Shown: positions 1-9,565, counted from the stretch's first letter. The stretch: DNA of 34,639 bases from Deltaproteobacteria bacterium (GCA_024640705.1 JAHEEJ010000004.1:1-34639); one strand, 5' to 3'. Made by a program: numbers and translations. The notes: generated by a model from the letters alone, not told the origin.

Positions 1-2
1 AT

Positions 3-1460
3 GTCGTCGCTGCGAACATCGGTCTGGCCCTGCCAGCGGGAGCTACTTTCGTCAACTTCGGTGGCTGCATTCCCGATTCGAACGACCCCAACAATCTCGC
101 TTCGTGTGTCGGTGCAACCGACCTCGGCAGCACGGTCAATCCGCTGACATCGACCACGATCGGGCCGGCGGTCACGACTCCCGCCGGATTCCCCGCGCAG
201 AATGTCCTGCTGCAATTGCAGGCGACGCCGGGCGTCAACAACGACCTACTGTGCGACGGCGGCGGGACGCCGCAGGAAGTCTTCCTCGGGACGCTCCTGC
301 TCGACAATCTCCCCGCCTTCACCTCACCGCGGGTTTCGACGGAGGGTTTCGCTCTCTTCGATCCCACCCTTCAATTGCTCGTGGCCCCCAGTGGAAATCC
401 GTTCCCGGACGCACAGTTGTTGACGGTCGTGATCCCAGAGACAGAACTGGCCACGCTCACGCTGCGTCCCGCCACGCCGGGCGACCTCCGGCGCTACAAG
501 GTGACGGTTCTGTCGGAGCGGCGGATTCACAAGATGGCCTTTGGAATCACGACCTCGGGCCCGGCGGCGGCTCCGGTATTTGGCGGTTGTGTCTGCGCGT
601 CGGGTGATCCCAGCTGTCCGATTGCGAGCTTTCCCGCGCAGGTCGGGGCGGTGGACCTGATCGGCTGTGCATTCGACGACATCTCGAATCCAAATCTCGA
701 CCTCGGTTCGGGAATCGAGCGCCCGACCTTCTTTACCGGCAATGCTCCCGATATTGCCACGTTCGTCGCGCGGGCGACGAACCCGAGCGATCCGGCCTTC
801 GTTCCCAATACGATCTATGTGGCGCTGCAAGGGAGTTTGCCCGCGGGTGCAGACCCGCCGAGCATCAACAATCCGAGCGCGACCGTCGAGTCCGAACTCG
901 GAATCATCGAATTTGGGGCGGACACGCCCACGCCCCAGATTACGTTCTCGGGTGCGGATCTGCTCCCGGGTTTCAGTCTGGGCGGGCAGGTCGTGCCGAG
1001 CAGCGCTGCGAATCCGATCGCGGTCGAAAACGTCTCGCTGCTCAATCGCTTCGACGCGGATGAAGACCTGGACGCTGACGGTGTCGGCGATGACTCCGAC
1101 AACTGCGTATTGACTGCGAATGGTGGCCCCGGGGGCCAGCAGGACGCCGGTGGTGTGGCGGTATTGGAGCCCGACGACATCGGGAATGTCTGCCAATGTG
1201 GCGACAGTGGAGACGGTGTCGTCGACATCGCGCTGCTGACGGCCGAGGACGACGTCGCGAACTGTCAGGCGGTACTGGCACTGCCTCCCGGTCAGACGGC
1301 CACGAATGCGGTTGCGGAGAAGTGCAAGGTCACGGTGGGCGGTTCGCTCAACATCGTCGACGTGGTCATCATGGAACTCGAGGCCGCATCGATCGACTCG
1401 GGTTTGCCAAACTCTCCCTCGAGGCTGCAGGCGTGCGGCCCCGCGACTGAGTTGCAGTAA
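3..1460 (+). CDS. 5'-truncated secreted/surface protein with two related Cys-containing domains, a thrombospondin type-3-like Ca-binding repeat and a degenerate dockerin-like C-terminus
   Basis: The frame of ORF 216..1460 is open back to position 3 (VVAANIGLALPAGATFVNFGGC...), so the start lies upstream of the window. Contains DEDLDADGVGDDSDNC (TSP3-like) and DDIGNVCQCGDSGDGVVDI (dockerin-like). Stop TAA at 1458-1460. Confidence 0.7.
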   Translation, partial: VVAANIGLALPAGATFVNFGGCIPDSNDPNNLASCVGATDLGSTVNPLTSTTIGPAVTTPAGFPAQNVLLQLQATPGVNNDLLCDGGGTPQEVFLGTLLLDNLPAFTSPRVSTEGFALFDPTLQLLVAPSGNPFPDAQLLTVVIPETELATLTLRPATPGDLRRYKVTVLSERRIHKMAFGITTSGPAAAPVFGGCVCASGDPSCPIASFPAQVGAVDLIGCAFDDISNPNLDLGSGIERPTFFTGNAPDIATFVARATNPSDPAFVPNTIYVALQGSLPAGADPPSINNPSATVESELGIIEFGADTPTPQITFSGADLLPGFSLGGQVVPSSAANPIAVENVSLLNRFDADEDLDADGVGDDSDNCVLTANGGPGGQQDAGGVAVLEPDDIGNVCQCGDSGDGVVDIALLTAEDDVANCQAVLALPPGQTATNAVAEKCKVTVGGSLNIVDVVIMELEAASIDSGLPNSPSRLQACGPATELQ

Positions 1461-1468
1461 GGCGCGCC

Positions 1469-4400
1469 ATGCGGCGGTCTTTGCAGATGATTCTGGTGTA
1501 CTTCGCGGTGTTGGCGTCTGCCACGGCCGCAGTCGCACAGGAGCACACGGTCGTCTTCGACGACACGCCGGGCTTTGGAACTCCGGGCAACGCCCACCGG
1601 GTTCCCGACGACGATGGCGCAGGTCTCGATTACCGGATCGACTACTGCCCGAGCTGCACGGAAGCGCAGCTTCCTGGGGGCTCGCACGGCAAACTGGTCG
1701 GCGACGGCTTGTTCCAGAGCCTGCTTCGACTCGACGTCAACGCGGGCGATACCGCAACCTTTGCCGCTTCCGAGAGCGGCGCCGTGATCAACCAGATCTT
1801 CGCGCGCGTGACCGGGGAGGGTGGGTCCGAGATCTATGGGCGGCTGCGTTCCGAAGTGGGTACCGCCGATCTCTATCTGCTGAACCCCCATGGTGTGATG
1901 TTCGGTGCGAATGCCGAACTCGATGTCGGCGGGTCTTTTTATGTGAGTACGGCCGATGTGCTTCGCTTCGAGTCCGGGCAAGATTTCGAGGCGATCCGCG
2001 GTGGCACGGTGCCGACGATCGTCGTCGCTCCGCCGACGGCGTTCGGTTTCTGGATCGATACCGAAAGTCCCGCGACGATTAGTTTCGATCAGACGACTTC
2101 CGATAGTGGCCAGTTTGCGGTTGCGGCTGGAGAAACGCTGACGGCGGTCGCCGGTCGCGTCGAGGTCGTGGGCCGTGGTTCGGCGGTCGACCTTCCGACG
2201 CTCGGTTCGAATGGGAGCGTGATCCAACTGGCGGCAGTGCCCGCAGGCACCGAAGTTCCGACGAACATCGAAGACCTCCCCATCGACAGCCTCACCTCCG
2301 ATGAGGCCTCGGTTCACCTCACCGACAACGCGATCCTGGAAGTCAGTGGCGTCGGGGGTCGGATCGTGATTCGCGGCGGGCAGTTCGAGATGGCGCGCGC
2401 GCAGGGGGTTCCGAAGAGCGGGAAGTTGTTCGCATTCGCGGCCAATACCACGCCCGCCAATCCCCTCGACGAAGCGCCCGCTGCGATCGACATCGAAGTG
2501 GCTGGACCGCTTTCGATCGACGCGGGCGACATCAGCTCGACCACGACCGGGCTCGGCAGCGGGGTCAGCGGCGACATCCGACTCGTCGCGGGCAGCATAA
2601 CGCTCGAAGACGGCGCCAATGTCCTGAGTCAGATCAGTGGCAATTCTCACGCAGGGGATGGGCCCGACGTGCTGCTGATGGCGACGGAGGCCGTGACGAT
2701 CGAGGGTGGATCCCGCCTGCAGAGTTCGAATCCGAATGTTCTGGGTTCGACTTCGGGCCAGGCGGGCACGATCTGGGTCGATGCGGGATCGGTTTTGATT
2801 GGGGGTGCGGGTTCGGAGATCTCGACATCGAATCGAGGAGCGGGTGACGGCGCGATCATTCACGTCGAAGCCGAGACGACGGTGGCGCTCGAGGATGGCG
2901 GTCGAATCGGAACCAATCGATCGGCGGGCCCGCTCGCATTCGGGACGCCCACAGACGCGGGCCGTATCGAGGTTCTCGCGAACCGCCTCGATTTAAGCGG
3001 CGGTTCGGAGATCCTCGCGAACACGGTGAGCAAGTTTGACGCCGCGGACGTATGGATTGGTACGGAAGCCGCTCCGATCGAAACGCTGACTGTTACGGCC
3101 AGCACGATCGGGAGTGCGACCGTGGGTTCGGGCGCTGGCGGAGATGTAACTGTTCACGCGGGCGAGATTCTCCTGCAAGGCGATCTCTCGATTCCAAATT
3201 CAGTCGGGCAGATCAGCGCAGTGGCCCTCGCCGGTAGCAGCGGCGCCGGCGGCGACCTCAGCGTCCACGCGGACTCGATCGACCTGATCGACGGTGGGCA
3301 GATCAGAACGTCGAGCCAGACCTCGGGCCAACCCGGAAAGCTCTCAATCGAAGTCGACGGTGAGTTGTTTGCGACCGGCGGAGATCAGGTGACCTCGGGT
3401 GTTTTTGCGCGCGGGCCCGCGAGTGATGGCGTGCGGTTGTCGATTCGCGCTGGAAGCATCCGCTTGAGTAACGGAGCCGACATTTCCACGAGTGCGGAGG
3501 GCGACGGCAAGGCCGGCGACATGCTGCTCGAAGCGGGATCCGTCTCTGTCTCGGGCGGTGCGAACGGGGCATCGACGATCGCAGCGAGGAACGTAGATGG
3601 GGAGGGCGGACGGCTCGTCATCGATGCAGACACCCTCCTGGTCAACCGCGGCGGTGAAATCTCGACGAGCACCCGGGGCAGTGGAGATGCGGGCGACGTG
3701 ATCGTGACCGCGCGAGAGGTCACGGTCGAAGGCACGGATGACTTTGGCTTCAACCGGTCCGGCATCTTCTCCCAGACGCTGCAGAACTCCACGGGCGAAG
3801 CCGGTTCGATCGCGCTGGGCCCGCACGCCGGCGAGCGCATGACGCTTCGGGTTCGTGATCGGGGGCTGATCTCCGTCAAATCGGAGGGCTTCGGCGCCGC
3901 AGGTGACATCCGGATCAGCGGCGCGAAGCTGATCGAGATCGAAAGCGGTGGCGAGATCAGCGCGAGCGTGAAAGATGTTGCGACCGGCGGCCAACCCCCC
4001 GCATCCCTTGCCAGCGAAATCCTGATTTCCGACAGCGATACGCTGCGCGTTTCGGGCGGGATCATTACAGCGGAGACCACGGGTTCCGGGCCCGGAGGTC
4101 GAATCGCAATTCGAGACGTCGGAAACGTCGTGCTCAAGAACGGCGCCAGCGTCACGTCTCGGAGTTCTGGCACCAATGGCGGCGACGCCGGCGCAATCGT
4201 GATCGCCGCGACGCGCAGTTTCAGCGCCGAGAACAGCGAGATCACCACCACCGCACTCGATGCGGGTGGCGGTCGCATCTCGATCCAGGCGCGTGATCGT
4301 GTCTATCTGCTGGACTCGTTGGTCGAAACGACCGTGCAGGGTTCCGATGCCGGCGCGGATGCGGGCGACATCTTCATTCCGCTGAGCGGCGAAGAGGCGG

Positions 4401-4831
4401 TCGGCATCGATCCCGTGATTCCCCAGTTCGTCATCCTCAACCGCAGCATCATCCGGGCGAATGCCAACGTCGCGGACGCGGGCGACATCACGATCGCCGG
4501 CAGAAACGTATTGATCTCCTCCGACAGCCTGATCCAGGCGCACTCGGAGGAGGGCGTGAGCGGTGCGATCCAGATCAGCTCGCCCGATGCGGACATCGTC
4601 AGCCAGGTGGCGACGCTACCGGCGGACTTCGTCGACCCGGCGAATCGGCTGCTGCCACCTTGTGTCGCGCGTACCGAGCGGACCGGGAGCTTCATGGTTC
4701 AAAGCCGAGAGGCGCTCCCGCGATCGCCGGACGCGCCACTTCCGTCGACCCTGGGCGGCGCCCCCGGAGTAGACGGCAATTCCCCCGCGAGCGGCTCGAC
4801 AGACTGCTCGTTGTTCCAGGAGAGATTATGA
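1469..4831 (+). CDS. Filamentous haemagglutinin family (TpsA-type) exoprotein with N-terminal TPS secretion domain and beta-helix repeats
   Basis: Signal peptide MRRSLQMILVYFAVLASATAAVA. TPS-domain motifs IFARVTG..GSEIYGRL and LYLLNPHGVMFGANAELDVGGSFYVSTAD. Many GxAGxIxI-type repeats. 1120 aa. Confidence 0.9.
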   Translation: MRRSLQMILVYFAVLASATAAVAQEHTVVFDDTPGFGTPGNAHRVPDDDGAGLDYRIDYCPSCTEAQLPGGSHGKLVGDGLFQSLLRLDVNAGDTATFAASESGAVINQIFARVTGEGGSEIYGRLRSEVGTADLYLLNPHGVMFGANAELDVGGSFYVSTADVLRFESGQDFEAIRGGTVPTIVVAPPTAFGFWIDTESPATISFDQTTSDSGQFAVAAGETLTAVAGRVEVVGRGSAVDLPTLGSNGSVIQLAAVPAGTEVPTNIEDLPIDSLTSDEASVHLTDNAILEVSGVGGRIVIRGGQFEMARAQGVPKSGKLFAFAANTTPANPLDEAPAAIDIEVAGPLSIDAGDISSTTTGLGSGVSGDIRLVAGSITLEDGANVLSQISGNSHAGDGPDVLLMATEAVTIEGGSRLQSSNPNVLGSTSGQAGTIWVDAGSVLIGGAGSEISTSNRGAGDGAIIHVEAETTVALEDGGRIGTNRSAGPLAFGTPTDAGRIEVLANRLDLSGGSEILANTVSKFDAADVWIGTEAAPIETLTVTASTIGSATVGSGAGGDVTVHAGEILLQGDLSIPNSVGQISAVALAGSSGAGGDLSVHADSIDLIDGGQIRTSSQTSGQPGKLSIEVDGELFATGGDQVTSGVFARGPASDGVRLSIRAGSIRLSNGADISTSAEGDGKAGDMLLEAGSVSVSGGANGASTIAARNVDGEGGRLVIDADTLLVNRGGEISTSTRGSGDAGDVIVTAREVTVEGTDDFGFNRSGIFSQTLQNSTGEAGSIALGPHAGERMTLRVRDRGLISVKSEGFGAAGDIRISGAKLIEIESGGEISASVKDVATGGQPPASLASEILISDSDTLRVSGGIITAETTGSGPGGRIAIRDVGNVVLKNGASVTSRSSGTNGGDAGAIVIAATRSFSAENSEITTTALDAGGGRISIQARDRVYLLDSLVETTVQGSDAGADAGDIFIPLSGEEAVGIDPVIPQFVILNRSIIRANANVADAGDITIAGRNVLISSDSLIQAHSEEGVSGAIQISSPDADIVSQVATLPADFVDPANRLLPPCVARTERTGSFMVQSREALPRSPDAPLPSTLGGAPGVDGNSPASGSTDCSLFQERL

Positions 4832-6309
4832 TGCTCGAAATACGCCGACCCGATCCAAGCCATCGCCGGAGTCAGCCCGCCTTTGTGTTCGCGGCGCTCT
4901 TGCTCGGCTTGGCATTCTTTTCCGGAACGAACTCTGCAACGGCGCAAACGCCGTTGCCCGATGTGATCGTCTACCACAGCCCCGGCGACGACAGCGTCGA
5001 CCAGCGGTCCGAGTATCCGCCCGGTTGCGGAAGTGGTGCGGGCGTCGGCGGGGGCGGAATGGTCGCCTCTACCGGAAACAACGGGATCTCGCTGATCGCG
5101 GTCGACACCGAGACCGGTGCCGGAACCCTGATCGGCCCGCTCAACGCGTTCGGCCCGGTGACGGATCTCGCCTTCCGGTACGACGGCGTGCTCTTCGGCA
5201 CCACTGGCGGCGGCACGAAGAGCGTGATCAACATCGACGAGTTTGGCGTCGAGACCCTGGTCGGGACCCACATCGATGGCTCGGTCACCGGCCTCGAATT
5301 CGTCGGCACCACGCTCTACGGAACCTTCATCGCAAAGGGCGGGGGAAGTTCACCCTCTCAGCTCGTCACCGTCGACCAGGCGACGGGGGCTCTCACCACC
5401 GTCGGCGCCACCGGCTTTGGACCGATCGGTGGTCTGGCGTTCGATTCGGCCACGGGGATTCTCTACGGCGCGACATCGGGCACCTCGAGTGGCGATCTGA
5501 TCAAGCTCAATCTCGAAACCGGCGCGGGAACGCTGATCGGCAGCACCGGACTGGGCGATGTCGCCGCGCTCGCGTTCGGTCCTGGGGGCGTTCTCTACGG
5601 CGGGCTCGGCGGAAATTCGGAGGGCGCGGGGAGCTTGATCACGATCGACCCCGCGACGGGTGCGGGGACACTGGTGGGCTTTAGCGGTTACCCGGTGCTG
5701 AGCGGTCTTGCGCGCTCGCTGGATTGCGTGATCGACGGCACTCCGGGAGGGGAACTCTACCTTTGGATCGACGGTGGTGATTACGTCGATGAGGGCAATC
5801 TCTGCAAGCTGGGTGCCGATGGGAGCCGCGGAGCCGAGTTGTGCGGTGCCGACCTCTTGTTCGAGATCGATGGCCCCGGCTACTTCACCCACTTCGACGC
5901 CGATGTGAACATGCCGACTCTCGTCCACCATCCGGATTGCGTGAACGTAGAATCTCCGGTCTGCGAACTCCCGCCCCTGACGAAGCAGCTGCGGATGAAC
6001 TTCACGCGAGGCGCTACGACGCCGAGCGCGATTGCGCGACGCGTCGGCATGTTGACCATCGACAGCTCGCTCACGTCATTGGTCCCCTACGCGCCGACCA
6101 CGGTTACCATCTCCGGCGTGGCGGCGGGCGCCAACCTGCAATTGCGCCAAATCGCAGCTGGCGGGATCGACAACGTCGCGGAGACGATCCAACTTCCCGA
6201 GCCCAGCGCGATCGCGTCGCTGACGGTGGGACTACTCGGCCTCGGCTGCTTGCATCGTCGTAGACGGGTGCGCTCGTGCTCGAGACCCGGGCACCGGAAG
6301 GAGGCGTGA
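4828..6309 (+). CDS. PEP-CTERM surface protein with beta-propeller-like repeats
   Basis: Start reassigned to ATG 4828 (AGGAGA RBS; ATGA overlap with the TpsA stop). Hydrophobic signal AFVFAALLLGLAFFSGTNSATA. About five LxxxDxxTGxxTxxG...LAF...LYG repeats. C-terminal LPEPSAIASLTVGLLGLGCLHRRRR. Confidence 0.85.
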   Translation: MMLEIRRPDPSHRRSQPAFVFAALLLGLAFFSGTNSATAQTPLPDVIVYHSPGDDSVDQRSEYPPGCGSGAGVGGGGMVASTGNNGISLIAVDTETGAGTLIGPLNAFGPVTDLAFRYDGVLFGTTGGGTKSVINIDEFGVETLVGTHIDGSVTGLEFVGTTLYGTFIAKGGGSSPSQLVTVDQATGALTTVGATGFGPIGGLAFDSATGILYGATSGTSSGDLIKLNLETGAGTLIGSTGLGDVAALAFGPGGVLYGGLGGNSEGAGSLITIDPATGAGTLVGFSGYPVLSGLARSLDCVIDGTPGGELYLWIDGGDYVDEGNLCKLGADGSRGAELCGADLLFEIDGPGYFTHFDADVNMPTLVHHPDCVNVESPVCELPPLTKQLRMNFTRGATTPSAIARRVGMLTIDSSLTSLVPYAPTTVTISGVAAGANLQLRQIAAGGIDNVAETIQLPEPSAIASLTVGLLGLGCLHRRRRVRSCSRPGHRKEA

Positions 6310-7547
6310 TGATGCGTACGGGAAGAGTCAATGGCGTGAACGGATTTCGAAGTCTCGTCGGAGTTTTCTTCGTCGGACTCGTGCTCGGTAGTGGGCATCC
6401 GGCCTGGGGAGCAACCGTCGCTCACGAAGGTTTCGATTCCACGGCCACGGTCGACAATCTTCTGACCGCTGCCGGACACACCCCGACGACGCTGACAGCC
6501 GCTCAGATCGAGGGCGGCAGCCTCGTGTCCAGTGGCGCTCCCGCTTTCGACGTGTTCGTGATCAGTCGAAACACCACCTTCAATGGCTCCTCGATCGCCT
6601 ATGCGAACGCCGTTCAGGCGTACATCGATGCCGGGGGCAATATCGTCACGGAGTGGGCGGGCGGAAACATGTTCTTCTCGTCATACGCTGCGGACATCCG
6701 GCCTCCCGCGGGCAACCAACCGCAGCTGGGAACATTTCAAGGATCCGTACATTCTGGGAATAGCAATGGGACCAACACTCCCATCAACATCCTGAACACG
6801 TCCCATCCAACGGTTCAAGGGATTGCGAATCCGCACATGGAAGAAGGGGGGACCGATTTCTTCTTCTGGATCGAGAATCCCGACGCGGGCCTCGAGGTGG
6901 TCGCCGATTTCGTCGGAAGTGGTGCAGCCGGCTTCCCCATTGGAGTGAATCTTCCGACTCTCCTGGTCGGCTGCAGCGGTGGGGCCACTTTCGTCATCGC
7001 GGCCTGGGACTGGAACGACACACTGGGCCAAGGTGCCGGTAATGACCGTTTTCTGACCAACGCCGTCGGATATGCGGCGACCAACTCCTCCTGCGTTCCC
7101 GGGGACATCGTCCAATTGGAAATCATGCCCGGCACCGACCCCAACTTCATCGACCCCGACATCCGCGCCAAGTTTCCGGTCGCGATTTTCGGATCGGAAG
7201 GCTTCGACGTCGCCGACGTGGACGTGAACAGTCTCCGGTTCGGCCCCGCTGGAGCCTTGCCCTTCTTGTGGGCCGGTGTGACCCTCGAAGACCTCGATGA
7301 GGATGGATTCCAGGATATGGTCGTCTATTTCCGGATCGAGGAGACGGGCATCGCCGCCGGCGAAAGTCAGGCTTGCATCACGGGTGATGGGCTGGACCCG
7401 GTTCCCTTCCTTGCTTGCGACGCGATCGAAACTCCGGCTGTCGACGAGGCGGGGGGCGCACCGGTGCCCGAGCCGGCCCAGATCTGGCAGCTGATCGGCG
7501 GGTTGGCGGGGCTCGGTTGGATCTACCGAATGCGCAGGCGGTCGTAA
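6309..7547 (+). CDS. PEP-CTERM surface protein with a C-proximal Ca-binding-like domain
   Basis: AAGGAGG RBS at ~6298-6304; GTG 6306 / ATG 6309 overlaps the upstream stop. Signal ending ...HPAWGA. Domain IMPGTDPNFIDP...PVAIFGS..FDVADVD...EDLDEDGFQDMV. Sorting signal VPEPAQIWQLIGGLAGLGWIYRMRRRS. Confidence 0.85.
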   Translation: MMRTGRVNGVNGFRSLVGVFFVGLVLGSGHPAWGATVAHEGFDSTATVDNLLTAAGHTPTTLTAAQIEGGSLVSSGAPAFDVFVISRNTTFNGSSIAYANAVQAYIDAGGNIVTEWAGGNMFFSSYAADIRPPAGNQPQLGTFQGSVHSGNSNGTNTPINILNTSHPTVQGIANPHMEEGGTDFFFWIENPDAGLEVVADFVGSGAAGFPIGVNLPTLLVGCSGGATFVIAAWDWNDTLGQGAGNDRFLTNAVGYAATNSSCVPGDIVQLEIMPGTDPNFIDPDIRAKFPVAIFGSEGFDVADVDVNSLRFGPAGALPFLWAGVTLEDLDEDGFQDMVVYFRIEETGIAAGESQACITGDGLDPVPFLACDAIETPAVDEAGGAPVPEPAQIWQLIGGLAGLGWIYRMRRRS

Positions 7548-7552
7548 CGCGG

Positions 7553-9565
7553 ATGCGGCCGGCGGCGCGACGGGCGCGGAGGGCGGCCCGAGGGTGGGCG
7601 CTGCTCTGCGGCGTGTTGTTTCCGTTGGCGGCTTTCGCGGGCACCCCTGCGTCACCGCAGAGCTGTCCGGCATCGGCAGAAACGACCCACGCGGCTACTG
7701 CTGCTGGGAGCGAAGCGTCCGAATCGCTCGAGCGGAGCAACACGCTCGTAGAACGCGGAGAATACGCCGCGGCCCTCGCCGGGTACGAGGAAAGCCAGCG
7801 GATCGCGCGAGACAGCGGTGACGCGGCTCTCGCGGCCCTTGCTTCGGCGAACGGTGCGAGGGCGGCGGCCGAAGCGGGGCAATACGACGCCGCCGATGAG
7901 AAGCTCGAAGAGGCACTGGGCGCGAGCGAGAGTCTCACCGATGTGGCTGCGCGCGCGCAGCTGCTGATCCACCTCGGACGCACGGATGCGCTGCTCGGGG
8001 AGCGCAACCCCGCGGTCCGGCGCTCCGCGACGCGTCGCGCGGCCGATTCCTTTCAGCGCGCTCTCGAACTGGCGGACGCTGCGGGTGAGATGCGGCTTCG
8101 CTCCTATGCGCTCGGCTATCTCGGCGAACTCTACGAGGGCCAGGGCCTCTGGACCGACGCACTGGGACTGACGCGGCGAGCGCTCCACGCCGCAGAGCTC
8201 GCCGACGCAGCCGATGCGCTCTACCGCTGGCAGTGGCAACTGGGACGCCTCGAAGTCGCGGCCGGGCAGCCCGCGCGCGCGCTGAGCGCCTACCGCGACA
8301 CCGTCGCCACGCTTCGCGACATCCGCGCGCAGACCGCTCTCGGCGCAATTGAGGCGGGGACCTTCCAGAGTCGGGTCGAGCCGATCTACACCGAATTGGT
8401 GGATCTCCTGCTCACCCACGCGACTGCGAGCGGCAACCCCGACGAGCAGCAGGCGTTGTTGGTCGAGGCGCGCGACGCGCTCGAAGATTTGAAGGTTGCA
8501 GAGCTGCGGGACTACTTTCGCGATTCCTGCCTCGACGCCCAGCGCAAGACCGCACCCGATGCAATCCCGAACACGGTCGTCATCTACCCCGTCTTGCTTC
8601 CCGACCGCGTCGAGTTGATCGTGAGCCGCGAGGGTCGGCTCGACGCGCATCGCCTGCCGGTCGCTCGAGAGACGTTGATCACTGCGGTGCGCGCGTTCCG
8701 CGAGGCGCTGGAGCGGCGCAACAGCCGGCACTATCTGGCCTACGCCAACGACCTCTACGACTGGATGATCCGACCACTCGAATCGATTCTGCAAAGCGAG
8801 GGGGAACCGCCGACGCTGGTCTTCGTGCCCGACGGTGCGCTGCGCACGATTCCATTTGCGGCACTTCGCGATCGGGAGAGCAAGCGCTTCCTGATCGAGA
8901 TGCACCCGATCGCGGTGACTCCGAGCCTCACGCTCACCAACGTCCGACCCTTCGAGTCCGATCCGACACGCATGCTGGCCGCGGGCATCAGCGAGTCCGT
9001 CGAAGGCTATTCCGCGCTGCCGGCGGTGGGTAACGAAATCGCAGCGGTCCGCGAGTTCTATCCGGGCAAGACGCTGATGAATGGCGGTTTCGAGGTCGAG
9101 AAACTCCGGAGCGAGCTTACCGAGATACCCTACGGCATCGTCCACATCGCCTCCCACGGCGAATTTGGCGGAGAACCCTCCGACAACTTCCTGCTCGCCT
9201 ACGACGGGCGCGTTTCGATGGACCAACTCGCGGCGATGGTCGGGGCGACCCGCTTTCGCGCCGAACAACCTCTCGAGCTGTTGACTCTATCGGCGTGCGA
9301 ATCCGCGGCCGGTGACGATCGCGCGGCCCTGGGGCTGGCGGGTGTCGCACTGCGCGCGGGTGCGCGAAGTGCGGTGGCGACGCTGTGGTCCGTCAACGAC
9401 CAGGCGACTGCCGATTTCGTCGTCGCGTTCTACCGCCAGTTGAACGATCCCGAACAGTCGCGCGCGCAGGCGCTCCAATACGCGCAGATCGAGTTGCTCA
9501 AAACGCGCCACTACCGACACCCCGGCTATTGGGCGCCTTATCTATTGATCAGCAGCTGGCTCTGA
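7553..9565 (+). CDS. TPR + CHAT domain (caspase-like, clan CD) protease with predicted signal peptide
   Basis: ATG 7553, five bases after the upstream stop. N-terminus MRPAARRARRAARGWALLCGVLFPLAAFA. Helical repeats (SYALGYLGELY, YRWQWQLGRL). CHAT motifs LVFVPDGALRTIPFAAL, VHIASHG (catalytic His), LLTLSACES (catalytic Cys), ATLWSVND, HPGYWAPY. Confidence 0.92.
   Translation: MRPAARRARRAARGWALLCGVLFPLAAFAGTPASPQSCPASAETTHAATAAGSEASESLERSNTLVERGEYAAALAGYEESQRIARDSGDAALAALASANGARAAAEAGQYDAADEKLEEALGASESLTDVAARAQLLIHLGRTDALLGERNPAVRRSATRRAADSFQRALELADAAGEMRLRSYALGYLGELYEGQGLWTDALGLTRRALHAAELADAADALYRWQWQLGRLEVAAGQPARALSAYRDTVATLRDIRAQTALGAIEAGTFQSRVEPIYTELVDLLLTHATASGNPDEQQALLVEARDALEDLKVAELRDYFRDSCLDAQRKTAPDAIPNTVVIYPVLLPDRVELIVSREGRLDAHRLPVARETLITAVRAFREALERRNSRHYLAYANDLYDWMIRPLESILQSEGEPPTLVFVPDGALRTIPFAALRDRESKRFLIEMHPIAVTPSLTLTNVRPFESDPTRMLAAGISESVEGYSALPAVGNEIAAVREFYPGKTLMNGGFEVEKLRSELTEIPYGIVHIASHGEFGGEPSDNFLLAYDGRVSMDQLAAMVGATRFRAEQPLELLTLSACESAAGDDRAALGLAGVALRAGARSAVATLWSVNDQATADFVVAFYRQLNDPEQSRAQALQYAQIELLKTRHYRHPGYWAPYLLISSWL

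Noticed and set aside
1469-4831. Contact-dependent inhibition (CdiA) toxin interpretation of TpsA
   Set aside because: No VENN/pre-toxin motif, no C-terminal toxin domain and no small immunity ORF downstream.
7553-9565. CRISPR-associated (Craspase-like) or anti-phage role for the TPR-CHAT gene
   Set aside because: No CRISPR array, cas gene or recognisable defence effector in the window; the protein has an export signal and a secretion-system context.
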